A program made the position numbers and the translations under genes. The notes beneath the pieces were generated by a model that did not search any database, was not told the origin of the DNA, and saw only the letters and a list, made by a program, of their open reading frames with translations. 64,000 nucleotides of DNA from Octopus vulgaris (lineage: Eukaryota): positions 59,954,001 through 60,018,000 of the forward strand of contig OX597830.1 in the NCBI GenBank assembly GCA_951406725.2, given 5' to 3'. Below are positions 33,714 to 48,935 of this stretch, piece by piece; the stretch's first letter is position 1, and each line of letters opens with the position of its first letter.

Positions 33714-35422
33714 CACACACACACACATATTCTGTTATACTTTTACTTGTTTCATTCATTTGACAGCATCTATGCTGGAGCACCGCCCAATATCTCAACA
33801 ACCACTTGTCCGATTTACGCGAAACTTGTTTTATTCCGTTCGTATTCACATTTCAGGGAAAACTTATTCCGTAGTATTTTCCTATTATGCACCAATTTGG
33901 CTGGGTAACATTGCAAGCAAGATTCAAGCTCACTTTTAATGTATTATAGATATACGACGGGATCTTTTCAGCTTCCGTCGATCAAATCCAGTCACAAGTC
34001 TTTGGTCGGTCCGTGACTATAGTGGAAGACACCTGCCAAAGGTGCCACGTAGTGGAACTGAACTTGGAACCATGTGGTATTTATAGATCTGTATACACAT
34101 ATTTTTCTAGTTTGGTCACAACTGTCAGACGAACGGTAACGACGTGACGCTCTGAGTAAAAGTTGGTGAAGATTTTTTAACTTTAATATATGGATATTAC
34201 TAGAATAATACATATATATTAAAGTTGAAAAATATTCAAGTACTATTTTGATCCAGCTTGTATCTATGCATAAATAAATATATGTATCTATACATATGTG
34301 TGTGTGCATATAAATGTACATTTTTGTGTACACATATACATACATACATGCATACATACATACATGCATACATACATACATACATACATACATACATACA
34401 TACATACATACATACATACATACATACATACATACATACATACATACATACATGCACATACACATTAAAATATAGAATTGTTGTAAATATTCCCAGCATG
34501 AAACTATTTAGCATGACAGGTGATAACAGAAAATGTTCAAAATTTGATCATTTGGTTGCAACTTACAAAATAGATTGAATGTGACCTTTGACAGAACAAG
34601 ATCGGTAGAATTCCGTTAAAAACAAAGGTACGTTACTCTTTGAACGCAGTAAAGCGTATATATTCCCTAATAATTTTCTTTATCATTAATAGTGGAAAGC
34701 AGTTTTATTCCACGGCTTTGAAAAGAAAACCTCTCCTCGTGTTGTCCAAAGCGGTTGGTACCCTGTGGGACACTTTTGGCAAAAGATAATTTTTCAGATT
34801 TTCTTAATTTTTTCTTTTTTTTTTCATATATTTTATCAAATATCTCATTACTGAGAAAGAATTGCAGAAGCAGAAAACATCTGTTCTTATATTTTTTTCA
34901 TTTTTCTTTTGGTTTAATAATAAGCATCATTACAAGAATGGTCACGAAATTGAAGAACACAGTGAAAGGGTTCTGTTCAGTTGAATCGGAACACATGGAG
35001 ACATATCTGTTAATATGACCGATAATGATGAGAGAAATGAAACCGTTTAAAACGTCATGTTTTACGAAACAGCAAAAAGATGAGGTTAACGTAACACACA
35101 AGACATTTAAAAGCACGATCATTAACCCTAACTTCGCCTCCACAGACCGGTATCACCATTGATCACTAAATTTAGCACTCCACTGACCAGCACTATGACG
35201 ACATTGACCGATAGAAATAGCAATCAGCCCACATGGGAAATAAGGCAAAATTAGCAGATGTATAAAGGAGCAGATCTCGTTTTTCGCCTTCTCTTTCCGA
35301 AATTTCAATTTGTCGTTTCTGTGTGTGTGTATGATTAATTGTCAGTTATAAGGAGAGAGTGAGTCAGTGAGTGCTTGTGCGTGCGTGCATCCGCGCGCGC
35401 GTGTTTGTGTGTATGTTTGTGT

Positions 35423-35481
<59 letters not shown>

Positions 35482-35637
35482 CGTGTGTGTGTGTATGATT
35501 AGTTGTGCGTGGATGTGTGTATGTAACCGTATGAGTATTTCTATGCATGTAAGCATGTAGAGAGATGAAACATAGAGCGTGTGCACGCCGTTGTGCATTC
35601 TTGTAACTATGTTGTATATGTATATATGTGTGTGTGC

Positions 35638-35680
<43 letters not shown>

Positions 35681-35703
35681 TATGTATATACATATATATG
35701 TGC

Positions 35704-35757
<54 letters not shown>

Positions 35758-35867
35758 TCAGGGTGAGTACTTGATAACGCACATATATATATACATATGT
35801 ATTTATATATATATATATGGTATATATTGTATATATATATGCATAAATTTAAGTATGTTTATATATA

Positions 35868-35943
<76 letters not shown>

Positions 35944-36887
35944 CGTGTGTGTATTTGTAAACTGGTAAGAGTATGTGAGAATGTGAGTAAGTGTTTATGC
36001 AAGTATATCTCATATGTGATAAAAAAATATTTGCCATGATTACACATTTTTTTGTTTGTTTTGTGTGGTGAATGATAATATTCTACGATCATGTTTCTTG
36101 CCTCTTCTACCACGGGACTTCGGTGTGTTGTGAGGCTGTAAATAATAGCATTAAACCGCCCCATCCCCATCCCCACCCCAAAGAGCAACAAAAAAAAAAC
36201 TGAAGGTAACAAAAATCATTAGGGAAGTAGATTCCTGTGAAATAATCTGTGGCCCTTTAGGGTACACTTACCAATTATTTCACACTCTCGCACTCCTGCA
36301 CTCGGAGAAGCAAACATACACATTTCTTGTATACATATACACCATTACACCACGTCTACAGAATCTCTCTCTCTCTCTTCCCTTGTGTATATATATATAT
36401 ATATATGAATGTGATAATATATATATAGATATAGATATATAGATAGATAGATTAAGATATATAGATATATATAAATGTGTGTGTGTGTATATATATATAT
36501 ATGGATATATGTATATAGGTATACATCTATGTATGTGGGTATGTTTGTATAATATGCACAAACACAGACACACAAACATACACATATATATGACAAGCAC
36601 ACACTCACACGTATAAGCAAAAACCGACGACCTCGAGACACACTTGCGAGCGCTCAAACACAAAGCACAAATATGGACGGTCTAAAATTATATAGATTCG
36701 AACGGTGCCACCATACACATGTATTTTAGATATTGTCACTGCCACACTCACATACACACATGCACACATAAACACACACACACACACACACATCTAGATA
36801 TGTACATACTTATATGTATAAACATACCATATTCATACGCTTCAATAACAAGGAGTGCACGTTGGAAGCACAATCATAGAATCATGC

Positions 36888-36918
<31 letters not shown>

Positions 36919-37221
36919 CACACATACATACACACATACATACATACATACATATATATATATATACATACATACATGCATACATACATACATACATACA
37001 TTTATACATACATACATATATGCATACGCACATTCATGCATACACACATACATACATACACATATACATACACACATACATACATGCATTCATACATACA
37101 TACATACATACATACATACATACATGCATACATACATACATACATACATACATACATACATACATACATACATACATACATACATACATACATACACACA
37201 TACGAAAATACACATACACAC

Positions 37222-37341
37222 GCACTCACATACAAGCTTCAACCGATGCATATATACACGCAAACATTTTTTCGAAAGTATCCAATATACTTCAGAAACA
37301 ATCACACATACATACATACATACATACATACATACATACAT

Positions 37342-37376
<35 letters not shown>

Positions 37377-37615
37377 GACACTCACATACAAGCTTCAACT
37401 GATGCATATATACACGCAAGAGAGTCATATAGGCTTGAGCAAATGAAGAAATTTATATACAAACACATAAACAAATATATTAGCAAACAATAATGCGCAC
37501 GCAGACATACAGAGAGCCACACACACACAGACACATATACATCTCGATGTATGCAAATATATACGCAAGAGAGTCATATAGGCTTGAGCAAATGAAGAAA
37601 TTATATATATACACA
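37222..37615. repeat. Local tandem duplications, ~155-bp period
   Basis: CTCACATACAAGCTTCAAC.GATGCATATATACACGCAA twice; GCAAGAGAGTCATATAGGCTTGAGCAAATGAAGAAATT twice. Confidence 0.75.
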
Positions 37616-37986
37616 TATAACATACATATCGAGATTTATGCATACATACGCCATGTATGCTTGAACGACTGCATATAACTATCCACAAACATGAACATAC
37701 ACACATACTGGTATGTATACCGATGCATATATACAAATCTACATACAGATACGCATGCACACCCCCTCGCCACACCCACCCACCCACCCACATGTACACA
37801 CAAAAACACATCACACAGAAAATAGTCTGTGTCACGAGACGTTGGTCTTTGCCTCCCCTGTTAAGTCTCGATGAAAAATAGCCATGTTAGCAAAAGTTTG
37901 AAGCAGAAATATTAGACTGGTTTCATCTGGAAACTTCACTTGTCATTTGAAATAAGAAAATTATGCGTAAATGTGAACATGTATGC

Positions 37987-38026
<40 letters not shown>

Positions 38027-38749
38027 ATGTGTGTATGTTCTTCGGCTTTTATTTTAAAAGCGTAACATCAGCAGAGATAGATCCAATTTCCAACCTAGAA
38101 ACATCAACTAGGTCATGTATGTATGTATGTATGTATGTATGTATGTATGTATGTATGTATGTATGTATGTATGTATGTATGTATGTATGTATGTATGTAT
38201 GTATGTATGTATGTATGCATGTATACAGAGTAAAGTATCCGCACACATTTCTATGTGCGTTTATGCAGGCATATGATTGTAAGTGTCACATCTGTTTTGA
38301 CTTAAGTATGTGTGCATATATGTATATTTGTATGTTTTATCGGCGTGTGTACATAACGTATAACAGACTAACTTCTGAAATGTTTTACATATTTTCACAG
38401 TTCTAGTAATTGCTTGTCATTGACATATCTGAATTAACCGTGTTCTTTCTGGTTTTGCGAAACCCAGTTTCTCAATATTGGTGCCGAGGCAGTTAGTTAC
38501 ATAAGCAAGAACGCCAATGAGTATAGATATAAATCTAAAGTTATAGTCTGGCTGTAGTATCACCAAATTTTTTCCTTAGTTCGGAAGAGATGTTTTGTTT
38601 TTCTGTTATCTATAACACTGTCTTTTACGTGTCCCTTGTTTCAATCATTAGACTGCGATCATGGAGGGGCGGCACCTTGAAGAATCTTTAGTCAAATGAG
38701 TTGACCCCAGTACTATTTTTTTTCCAGTTATTTTTTGGCTTTTAAGCCT

Positions 38750-38980
38750 GGTACAATGCGAAGGGTCCTGGCAGAGGGTCATGGTCAACCTGGGCGAGCT
38801 GATGTGGACTCCTCCTCTCTGGTGAATTGCATCAGTGATGATGCAAAAGCGCGATCCCAAGGTTTCCTGCGATTTTACGCTGATTAAGTTCACTTTCAGA
38901 TTGGCCCAACGTATGGCCTCTTTGAAATTCGGACTGTTCTAAGGCTTCTTTTGTACTTGGCATAATTAAACAGTCACATA
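38750..38980 (-). mobile_element. Tc1-like transposase N-terminal HTH remnant
   Basis: MPSTKEALEQSEFQRGHTLGQSESELNQRKIAGNLG resembles LSEFERGxIVGxxExGxSxRxIAxxLG. Confidence 0.5.
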
Positions 38981-39087
38981 TAGAACTATATATATAGTTC
39001 GAATTTATAGAAAAACAAAAGACGAAGAGAGGAGCAGGAACAATAAGCAAGTGTATTAGTTTGACGCTCGGGAAAAATGGAAAAGTG

Positions 39088-39125
39088 TCTTTTACGTTTC
39101 GAGCCTACGCTCTTCAACAGAAAGA
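39088..39125 (-). ncRNA. Minimal type-I hammerhead-like motif (design 1)
   Basis: UCUUU-[CUGUUGA]-A-GAGC-GUAG-GCUC-[GAAA]-CGUA-AAAGA. Confidence 0.65.
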
Positions 39126-39752
39126 AATAAAAAGAGAAGGAATGAAAAAAAAAAACGGTTTGAGTTCAGCGGTCCGACTTACATATATATAGTGCATGCA
39201 TATGTATTAATGTTTTCTGAATGTATGTATATGGATATGAGTACGAACTTGGTTTATGCGCATGTGTGCGCATATAGTTGGGTATATAAACTTATGTATG
39301 CACACGTAGATGTTCCTATGTATGTGTAACTCCTACTGTGTTGGTGTATTTTTGTCTACACCTCTGTGTGAATATGTATGTGTACAAATGTTTAATCGTT
39401 TCTATGTATATACAAGTGTGTATGTGTTTGTGTGTGCGTGTGTGAATCCGGGTGGTTTTATACATTTATGTAGATGTACGTCAATATTTGTGCGAGGTTT
39501 TTGTTCGTGCGTGTACGTAAGTAGCTTTTGTATATATATCCGTGTATGAATGTGTGTTGTTCTTGTTGTCTTTATTGGATTATGTGTATAGCAATATTTA
39601 GAAGTGATACCGATAAGTGTCGGATTAAGCTAATCCTATGTATATCCTAATGTATTATATATCGTATCACATGTTAGTGAAATGCAATGCTTTTGTGACA
39701 AACACATGCCCACACGCACATGCATACATACCACATGCACAATAACCTCTCG

Positions 39753-39791
<39 letters not shown>

Positions 39792-39834
39792 GCATACGCA
39801 CAACACATATGCATACACACACACATACATCACG

Positions 39835-39872
<38 letters not shown>

Positions 39873-40504
39873 TCACTCACATTACATCACACATGCAAAT
39901 AGATGGAAATCTGTGTGTTTTTGCAATTCAGTTCCCCTCTGCCATCTTTTACGGCTTCTTATTCTGGTTTCCTCACTCATTCGCCACATTTATATGATAC
40001 CACACACATGCATATATAAATACACATACACGCACACACACACACATACACACACATACACGCACACACACGTACACACACATGTATGTATATAAATGTC
40101 TTTTACTTTTAATCTTTCTCTTGTTTCAGGTCAACGACATCATTTTACCGAACACCACGACCTCTCGCGGTCGTAAACAAACCAACACCAGCAGTCAAGA
40201 TGTGGTGGAGGGCAAGTACAAAAACACACATATAAAAACATACATGCATATGCACACACTCACACACATGTATGTATGTTTCTATATGTGTGTGTGTCTT
40301 TGTGCGTTCTCCCACCGTGAGTTCGCGGTGTTCGACAAAATAAAGTCGGTGCCCCAGCATGGCTGCAGTCTAATGACAAAAACAGCTGAAAGTTAAACGG
40401 TAAAAGACACTTATAAACATACATACATATGTGTGTGTGAGTGTGTGTGAGTGTGTGTGTGTGTGTGTGTGTCTGTGTGTGTATGTGTGTGTGTCTATAT
40501 TTAC

Positions 40505-41075
40505 ACGACGGGCTTCTTTCAATTTCCGTCAACCAAATCCACTCACAAGGCTTTGGTCGGCCCGAGGCTATAGTAGAAGACACTTGCCCAAGGTGCCAAG
40601 CAGTGGGACTGAACCCAGAACCACGTGGCTGCGAAACAAAGTTTTTACCATACAGCTGTAGGCGCAGGAGTGGCTGTGTGGTAAGTAGCTTGTTTACCAA
40701 CCACATGGTTCCGGGTTCAGTCCCACTGCGTGGCACCTTGGGCAAGTGTCTTCTACTATAGCCTCGGGCCGACCAAAGCCTTGTGAGTGGATTTGGTAGA
40801 CGGAAACTGAAAGAAGCCCGTCGTATATATGTATATATATGCATGTGCGTGTATGTTTGTGTGTCTGTGTTTGTCCCCCTAGCATTGCTTGACAACCGAT
40901 GCTGGTGTGTTTATGTCCCCTAACTTAGCGGTTCGGCAAAAGAGACCGATAGAATAAGTACTGGGCTTAGAAAGAATAAGTCCCGGGGTCGAGTTGCTCA
41001 ATTTTTTGCTTGACTAAAGGCGGTGCTCCAGCATGGCCGCAATCAAAATGACTGAAACAAGTAAAAAGAAAAAGA
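40505..41075. mobile_element. Head-to-head family A SINE pair (minus 40505-40660; plus 40661-41075)
   Basis: Both heads and cores visible with almost no spacer. Confidence 0.85.
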
Positions 41076-41735
41076 AAAAAGAAAAAGAAAGCCAAACTTG
41101 CGCCCATGTTCGTAAGACGTCTACAGGTACGAACTGAGACAGAAAGCGTAGCAGATCCCAATACGGGAGTTGGGGAGTTGAAGCATTCATTTATTACTGA
41201 CCAGGTGATCGTGCAATCGATGAAGCCAAGTGGATTCTGCCTATATAATGAATACAAACGTCTTTTTCTTGAATAAGCTTAACTATCTCGTTTCCTTTCA
41301 TGTCTCGCGAGAATGGCAGATAATTTAACAGCTCCTTAAACACTCACAGATAGGCTACCAATTAGCGTCTAACATAGTCGAGAATCATCACGCCGATATT
41401 CTTCTTTATTTATGTCTTAGAGTAAACCCCAGCATACGGGGAGTAAATTGGTTGTAGCAAATTGCCACACGGTTAGATATTCATAGGTATAAATTACACA
41501 TAGAGGCATGCATACATACACGCACGCATAAGCATTTATACACACACGTGCGCACGCGCATACACACACACACATACACACGCACACACACACACATATA
41601 TGTATATAATATCCAATTCTCATACAAGCACATGTCTATGTATGAGTATGTATAAATATGTCGTATAGATATATTGTAGAAAACACATGCTCATATGTAT
41701 GTGTATGTGTGTGCGAGTGTGTGTGTGTGTGTGAG

Positions 41736-41775
<40 letters not shown>

Positions 41776-42199
41776 CATGTTTAATCGGACTAGTTATGTC
41801 TTATTCCCTTTAAAATTCAGCAGAAACCCGGGAAGAGTCAAACATGACCAGTCTTCTTAGAGACCTCACCATAATAAACAAACATTTCCACTTTAGGTAT
41901 TGAGTATTTATGCACACGCATGCACGCACACGGGAATACACACACACACACACACACACGCACACACACGCACACGCACGCTGTAAACGTCAATGTTTTT
42001 TGTGTTGAAGAAAAGAAATTTTACCATTCTTTTTCAGTGCATGAAGAATAAATTGCGTATCCGAGTCTCTCAGGACGGGGTACAATTAGAAGCATTCAGC
42101 TAAAGAATCTACGACAGATATAATCACAATGGAATGAAAATTTCTTCACTTAGGTTTTTGTTCACCCAGTCTTTTAAAGAGAAACGCACAAGAATATAT

Positions 42200-42270
<71 letters not shown>

Positions 42271-42420
42271 GACTCATGCAAAAGTTCATTACATAATTTC
42301 TCGTTCCCTTGTCATTTAAATAACTTTTACTATGCTCTGTACTCCTCCAAGCTTCTTTCTGAAGCGTATGTATATTGAGTTTTGACACCAGTTTATTAGT
42401 ATTGCAATACCTAAGCAATA

Positions 42421-42470
<50 letters not shown>

Positions 42471-42803
42471 TCAGCAACAATTTAGATTCAAATGAATATG
42501 GCACTTAATTTAGATGCACCAGAATTTTTTATGGTGTTACCTATAAAAATATGCGGGGTGATTATAATCAAAAATAAGCAACAAGAATGAATCCGGTAAT
42601 TTAGTACAATTGTTTCATACTACAACATTTTATTAAAAGCTGTAAATATTACAGCAGATTTAAGATGCCGAGTAATCTTCAGCTAATTTTATATAGGTTT
42701 TCCAATAATATAAAGTTTTCAAATCAATTAATAACATCGTTGGGTATATATATATATATATATATATATATGAGTGTATGTGTATGTGTGTGTGTGTGTG
42801 TGA

Positions 42804-42848
<45 letters not shown>

Positions 42849-42879
42849 CGTAATACAATTTGTTTTAATATATAAAGAA

Positions 42880-44047
42880 ATAGGTAACACAATCAAACCA
42901 ATCGTACATGAAAATATAGCTATATGTCTCATAGTGATATTGCTCCTTCTCAACATTGTCGCCACCTCTTTCAAAGTGTTCCACCTAAGAATGAGAGAAT
43001 ATATCTCAGCTTCGCAAAACACGGCTGGCTGCTGACGTAACCGATTCCTTGCAGTAGTTTTCACTTGTTAAGCACAACCATAATATTTGCTTCTCAATTC
43101 TTCTTTGATGTGACTGAAGAGATAGAAGTCCGAGTATGTTAAATAGGTGAGGGAGGAGGATGCGAAAGAGCTTTTCCATTTCCTTATTTATCTCCAAATT
43201 TGGTTTTCCTTGGTGGAGTCTTGCTCTAAGTCGTTTAAGTTTTTCAATGCATGCTTCAGAGTTGATTGTTTCTCCTCTTGACAAGAAATCATCAAGAATA
43301 ACCCCTCCAGCATCCCAAAAGAGAGTCGTTTATGATTTTCCCAGATGCCTTGAATTTTCTTTTCGTTGAAGACCTCGGATGATGCCATTCCATCGATTCT
43401 CTTTTTGTTTCTGGTTAATAAAGATGAATCCAAGTTTCATCACCAAGTGTGTGCTATTGAAAGGTTTTTCTCTTTCACTGAAAGAGTACAACACTTTCAA
43501 TACTATGTTTATCTGTTTGTTGCTTAGCTACCCAGCGGACACACACTTTTGAATATTCAAGTGACTCAATAATGTCGTCAGTACTACCATGGCTAACACG
43601 AACCTCTGACGCCTGCTCATCAAGGGTTATGCGCCTAACAGCTCTAATCATAGCGTCTGCTTTTCCCTTGATGGCACGGTTGACAGTAATTAACGGAATG
43701 CCACTACGAAGCATGTTTGCTAAGCCTGAATTTTCAATTTTTTTTGCCCACTCATTGCTTAGTCTAAAGCCTTTTCTTTGAAAACGTTTTTCAGTCTTTT
43801 ACGAATTCTTACAGGAGTCTCTCCTTCAACAAGGAATTCAGTTACGGCTCTTTACTCATTGACTTGCAGTGGGGCAGCCATTGTGACATCAGCCAATTCA
43901 TCTGGAAGGAAAAAATAGGTAATTCAAAAGGAAAAGTACATAGCCTATACATCTATACCAAATATTGAATAATTTCATTGAAAACTGCGCCCCTTAGAAA
44001 ACTATAGGAAGGATAATATTTCAATTACTGTTTGACTCACACTCACA
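42880..44047 (-). mobile_element. Decayed mariner transposon
   Basis: IRAVRRITL...YSKVCVRWVAK, LGDETWIHL, GETINSEACIEKLKRLR; TIR-like TTACTGTTTGACTCACACTC at ~44024. Confidence 0.85.
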
Positions 44048-44084
44048 TGTGTGTGTGTGTATACTCTTTTTTTTTTCTCTTTTT

Positions 44085-44490
44085 TTACTCTTTTTACTTG
44101 TTTCAGTCATTTGACAGCGGCCATGCTGGAGCACCGCCTTTAGTCGAGCAAATCGACCCCGGGACTTATTCTTTGTAAGCCCAGTACTTATTCTATCGGT
44201 CTCTTTTGCCGAACCGCTAAGTTACGGGGACGTAAACACACCAGCATCGGTTGTCAAGCAATGCTAGGGGAACAAACACAGACACACAAACATATTCACA
44301 CACACTTATATATATATACATATATACGACAGGCTTCTTTCAGTTTCCGTCTACCAAATCCACTCACAAGGCTTTGGTTGGCCCGAGGCTATAGCAGAAA
44401 ACACTTGCCCAAGATGCCACGCAGTGGGACTGAACCCGGAACCATTTGGTTGGTTAGCAAGCTACTTACCACACAGCCACTCCTGCGCCT
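44085..44490 (-). mobile_element. Full-length family A SINE
   Basis: Complete head, core and tail. Confidence 0.9.
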
Positions 44491-45244
44491 ATGTGTGGTC
44501 CTTATTTAATCGACTCCAAAGTGATGAAAATAAATGTTGACTTCGGCCGGATTTGAACTCAGTCATAATAATGATATTTCATCATAAACACTTAGACAAT
44601 ATGTATGCATATGGATTCATCTATCACTGGGGGTATTTACGGGCAATACGCGTTTGCGTGTATACTTACATTTACATATATCCGCTTATAAGCAAAGTCT
44701 GGTGTTTGTCATACATACATCACACGGTCGAACTTGCATACGTAGATGCGTACGCAGTGGTTGCGCATCCGTGCGTGAATGTATGGATATACATGCAAAC
44801 GTGCGATCAATGAAACATACAACAATTATGATGTTCGAAAAAACAGAAAAATATATTTTAAAAAATAGAAAATTGCAACATGAAGGAATACGGAATACGG
44901 AAATTTGAAGATAAAATTACTTGTATTCATAAAAATAAAAATTATATAAGGATTAAGGAAAACAGAGATACGAAATTGTAAAATTGCAACACCCCAAAAT
45001 CCATAATAATGACAAAATTGTAGCGATGCGGAACTATAACCAAACAGATATGTGACAACGTAGGGAGTTAAATATTCGGATACTCACAGAGTTATCTAAT
45101 TGTTTTTATGCATCAAATAGTCAGAGGCACGAATCTGAGTGCAACTGGATATTTGATCACCGCTTAAATTTACAGAGAATATGTAACAAAACTGTGCAAA
45201 TACGGAATGCGTGGTGATTAGGTAAAGGATTAATACAGATTAAT

Positions 45245-45275
<31 letters not shown>

Positions 45276-46058
45276 AAAAAAACAAACTTGTTAATAGTAG
45301 ATTGAAGAATGACTTAAGCATGGGTTATCAGAGAGAGAGAGAGAGAGAAGAGTGTTGAGATATAACATTGAAGGAAGTAGAAAAAGTCATTTAGGAATTA
45401 GTTAAGAGTTTGTTTTCTGTAGGTAGGGGATTAAATGATGGCTTGGTGACAATCAGGAATCTTAAAAATAATTACTGGTTTTGTAGGATGGAATTTGTAA
45501 CATTGAGAGAAAACTGCAAAAATTGTCATTTAAATCATTGTAAATTTTCTGAAAATTGTAGGTAATGTGAACATATATAATGATAATAATGTATATATGC
45601 TTATACACCAGAGTGTGTGTGTGTGTGTGTGTATGTGTGTGTTTGGTGTGGTATGTGTATATGTGTATTGCTAAAGAGAGAGACAATATGGTGAATTAAT
45701 TCTTTTGAAGATATTTGGTATCCGGAAATTGTGCCGAAGCCGAAGAAAGAACCGTACCTTTTATTGCGCATTTGACGTTGACATAATCCGTTCTTGGTTC
45801 AGTTCAACTTGACCTTTGAGTGCCCTTAATGGAAGTCACTCTGTTGCAATTATTCAGACGGTGTCCCTGGTTTCGTTCGTACTTTCACCCACAGGACTCG
45901 AAGTCCTGCCAAGGGGTCGTGGATACCGTACTTTCCTTCTTTTAAGAAACAGCAAATAAAGCAGAACTTAACTCAAGTCGTGACCAAATTCCAATTTATT
46001 TGCAAGATACACGTCTCGACTCTCATCGAACTGACTTGTAGTTTTCCCTTATCTAGAT

Positions 46059-46410
46059 CAGTGGTTCTCAACCGGGGTCCATATGGGGCCCTCAGGGTCA
46101 ATATAAGATTTTTGGGGTCCACACAACAAAATAGTAAATTGAGGATCCACAACAATATTTGAAGAACCCTTAAAAAAGTTTTGCTTTAGTTGTATGTATT
46201 GTTATATATTGCAAGAAACGGCTAGGTTTCTTTCTCTAACATCTGACATAGTTCAACCTACACAAGTAAATTTGCATAAATAAAATAGGAATTGTGAAAG
46301 AAGTTTCTATAAAACTAGTATTTAAACATCGAATGGCTCTGGTGTGAGGAGGACATCAGAATAAAGTAATAATGAAAGGGGTCTATAAGTAAAAAATAGT
46401 TGCGAACCCT
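46059..46410. mobile_element. hAT-type MITE
   Basis: CAGTGGTTCTCAACCGGGGTCCATATGG ... AGTTGCGAACC. Confidence 0.7.
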
Positions 46411-47624
46411 TTATACTCCTCGACTCTAACATCGCTGCTTTAAACATTCAGAGCTCATTTTCCTCTTCTTCTTTAGTACATTTATTAAAATTCACTTTTA
46501 AGCAACAAACAGTTTACCCAGTCCTTATTAATCCAATGCAATATCTATCTGTAATTCTATCCCATCCTACACTTCCAGCTCTCGTATAAGCATGTAAACA
46601 GTTCAATTAAAATGTCGACATTTGTAATTTTATAAACTTGATCGTGTCTAGGTAAATCCTGTAAATAATATGCAGCACGATGTTTTGTAAGTGAACAGGT
46701 CACGGTCTCAAAGCGACGAAAATATTTTGACAAATTAAACTTAAATGTTGAAGTGAATCTAACGGTTTTGTGTGTTTCTTAAATGGTTTATAAACACCCT
46801 CCACACTGCAATTGTTTTCGTTCCAGCACACGATCTCAGATCAAGTCACTCGCTATGCAAGTACATCTCCAATAAATGTATCTCTTTGTGTAAAATATGC
46901 AATTTAAAACTAAGATGTCCAAGTGAAATTGTGTCTATAGTTCTTAAAATTAAACATTCCCGTGTATGAACTCCACGATGGATTATATAAACATGTCTTG
47001 GGTAGTGTCAACTTTGTGTTACTCTTCGAGTTATTCAAGAGTTTCTATTAAAACTATAAAATCAGTGATTGCAAAAATAAATCATCTGAAACAAAGGTGA
47101 CAGCAACGAAGATGTGAAAATTGAGCTGATACTTAATAACAGTGAGATCTCAGTTTTTCAACGACAATATCATTAAGGAAACATCTGCTGTAAAGTCATC
47201 CATTGGTACAAGTGGAGAAATGACAACATAGAATAGTTTTAGACTATCAGGAACTGAGGATTGATAGCCTTGTAATTGGAATCTTGGAAACAGATATCGA
47301 AGGAAATCTGAAGAAAATACGCGTATACATCTAAAATAGATAACTAGAATTTAAAAGGAAGCGACTTTTTAATATACTCTGTAATGTCCAGTTAACATTG
47401 AAGAATCACAGATTGAACATTGATTGTCTGGTGACTGTATGTTATAGTTACTGGGAGGAAACACTGTTATAGATGGATTATTCATCATTGTTAGACCACA
47501 GATTAAGAATTGATCAGATATTTTATTTAAACATATATTTAAGTCGAACGTTATATGGTGAAAAGCTAGTTCGACCATATATATCGAAGGAAAAAATAAA
47601 AGTCATATTTTAACCATCAAGGCT

Positions 47625-47918
47625 AGTGGTTCGCAACCGGGATCCATATGGTCCCTGAGAGCCCATATAAGATTTTGGGGGTTCAATGCAACAAAATAGC
47701 AAATTGAGGATCTACTATAGTATCTTAAGGGCCCCCTGAAAAACTTTTGCTTTAGATGTTTGCAGGAGTGGCTATGTGGTAAGTAGCTTGCTTACCAACC
47801 ACATGGTTCCGGGTTCATTCCCATTGCGTGGCATCTTGGACAAGTGTCTTCTACTATAGCCTCGGGCTTACCAAAGCCTTGTGAGTGGATTTGGTAGACG
47901 GAAACTGAAAGAAGCCCG

Positions 47919-48002
<84 letters not shown>

Positions 48003-48436
48003 TGTGTCTGTGTTTGTCCCCCCAACATCGCTTGACAACCGATGCTGGTGTGTTTGTGTCCTCGTAACTTAGCGGTTCGGTAAAAGCGACCGATAGAATA
48101 AGTACTAGGTTTACGAAGAATAAGTCCTGGGGTCGATTTGCTCGACTAAAGGCGGTGCTCCAGCATGGCCACAGTCAAATGACTGAAACAACTAATAACG
48201 TAAAAAAGAGTAAAGGAGTATCGGTATGTATTGCAAGAAACAGCTGGGTTTCTTTCTCTAACGTTTTCCATTGTTCAACCCTACACAATTTAATGTGTAA
48301 AAAGCAAAATAGGAATTTTAAAAGAGGTTTCTATAAAACTAGTTTTTAAACAACGAATGGCTACGGGGGGGGGCATCAAAATAAAATAATAGCCAAAGGG
48401 ATCCATACATGTAGAAAATGGTTTAAAACTCCTGAT
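47625..48436. mobile_element. hAT-type MITE split by a full family A SINE (47763-48212, plus strand)
   Basis: The two halves are colinear with 46059-46410. Confidence 0.8.
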
Positions 48437-48630
48437 CAAGTCTTGGCAGCTTAGGTATCGATGTAATTACTATTACATCGATAAATTCATCGTCCCAAGT
48501 AAGGAAAGATTAACATTGTTTTGACCCCCTCCACTTGCAGAGTCAAGATTAACGTAACTATGATTAGCTTATACAGACAATACTCCAGTTAGAATTAAGA
48601 ATTCCAAAATTCTTAAAACAACAGTTTTAG

Positions 48631-48935
48631 TAAAGCAGCCATCTTTAAGTTCAAATGTCGGTCTTCGTGTTAAACCATTGCAATTTAGGTTAAGCCAGTA
48701 ATATTCAAGTTAAACAACAGCATTTAGACGGAAGTAATGGTATCGGTATCAATCCAATAAAATTCGGATCAAATCAAACGGTTGGATTTAAAACAAATGG
48801 TATTCATTTTAAACCAATAATATTCAGATTACACCAATGCTATTTCATTTAAAGTAATGGTTTTGAAGTTAAAGCAGAGGAATCCGGGTTGAAATAAAAG
48901 TATTGTTGTTAAATAAGCGACGCCTAGGTTAACAT
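48631..48935. repeat. Cryptic 20-bp-period degenerate tandem array
   Basis: T.AA-type anchors at 48631, 48651, 48671, 48691, 48711 and 48810, 48830, 48850, 48870, 48890, 48910, 48930. Confidence 0.65.
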
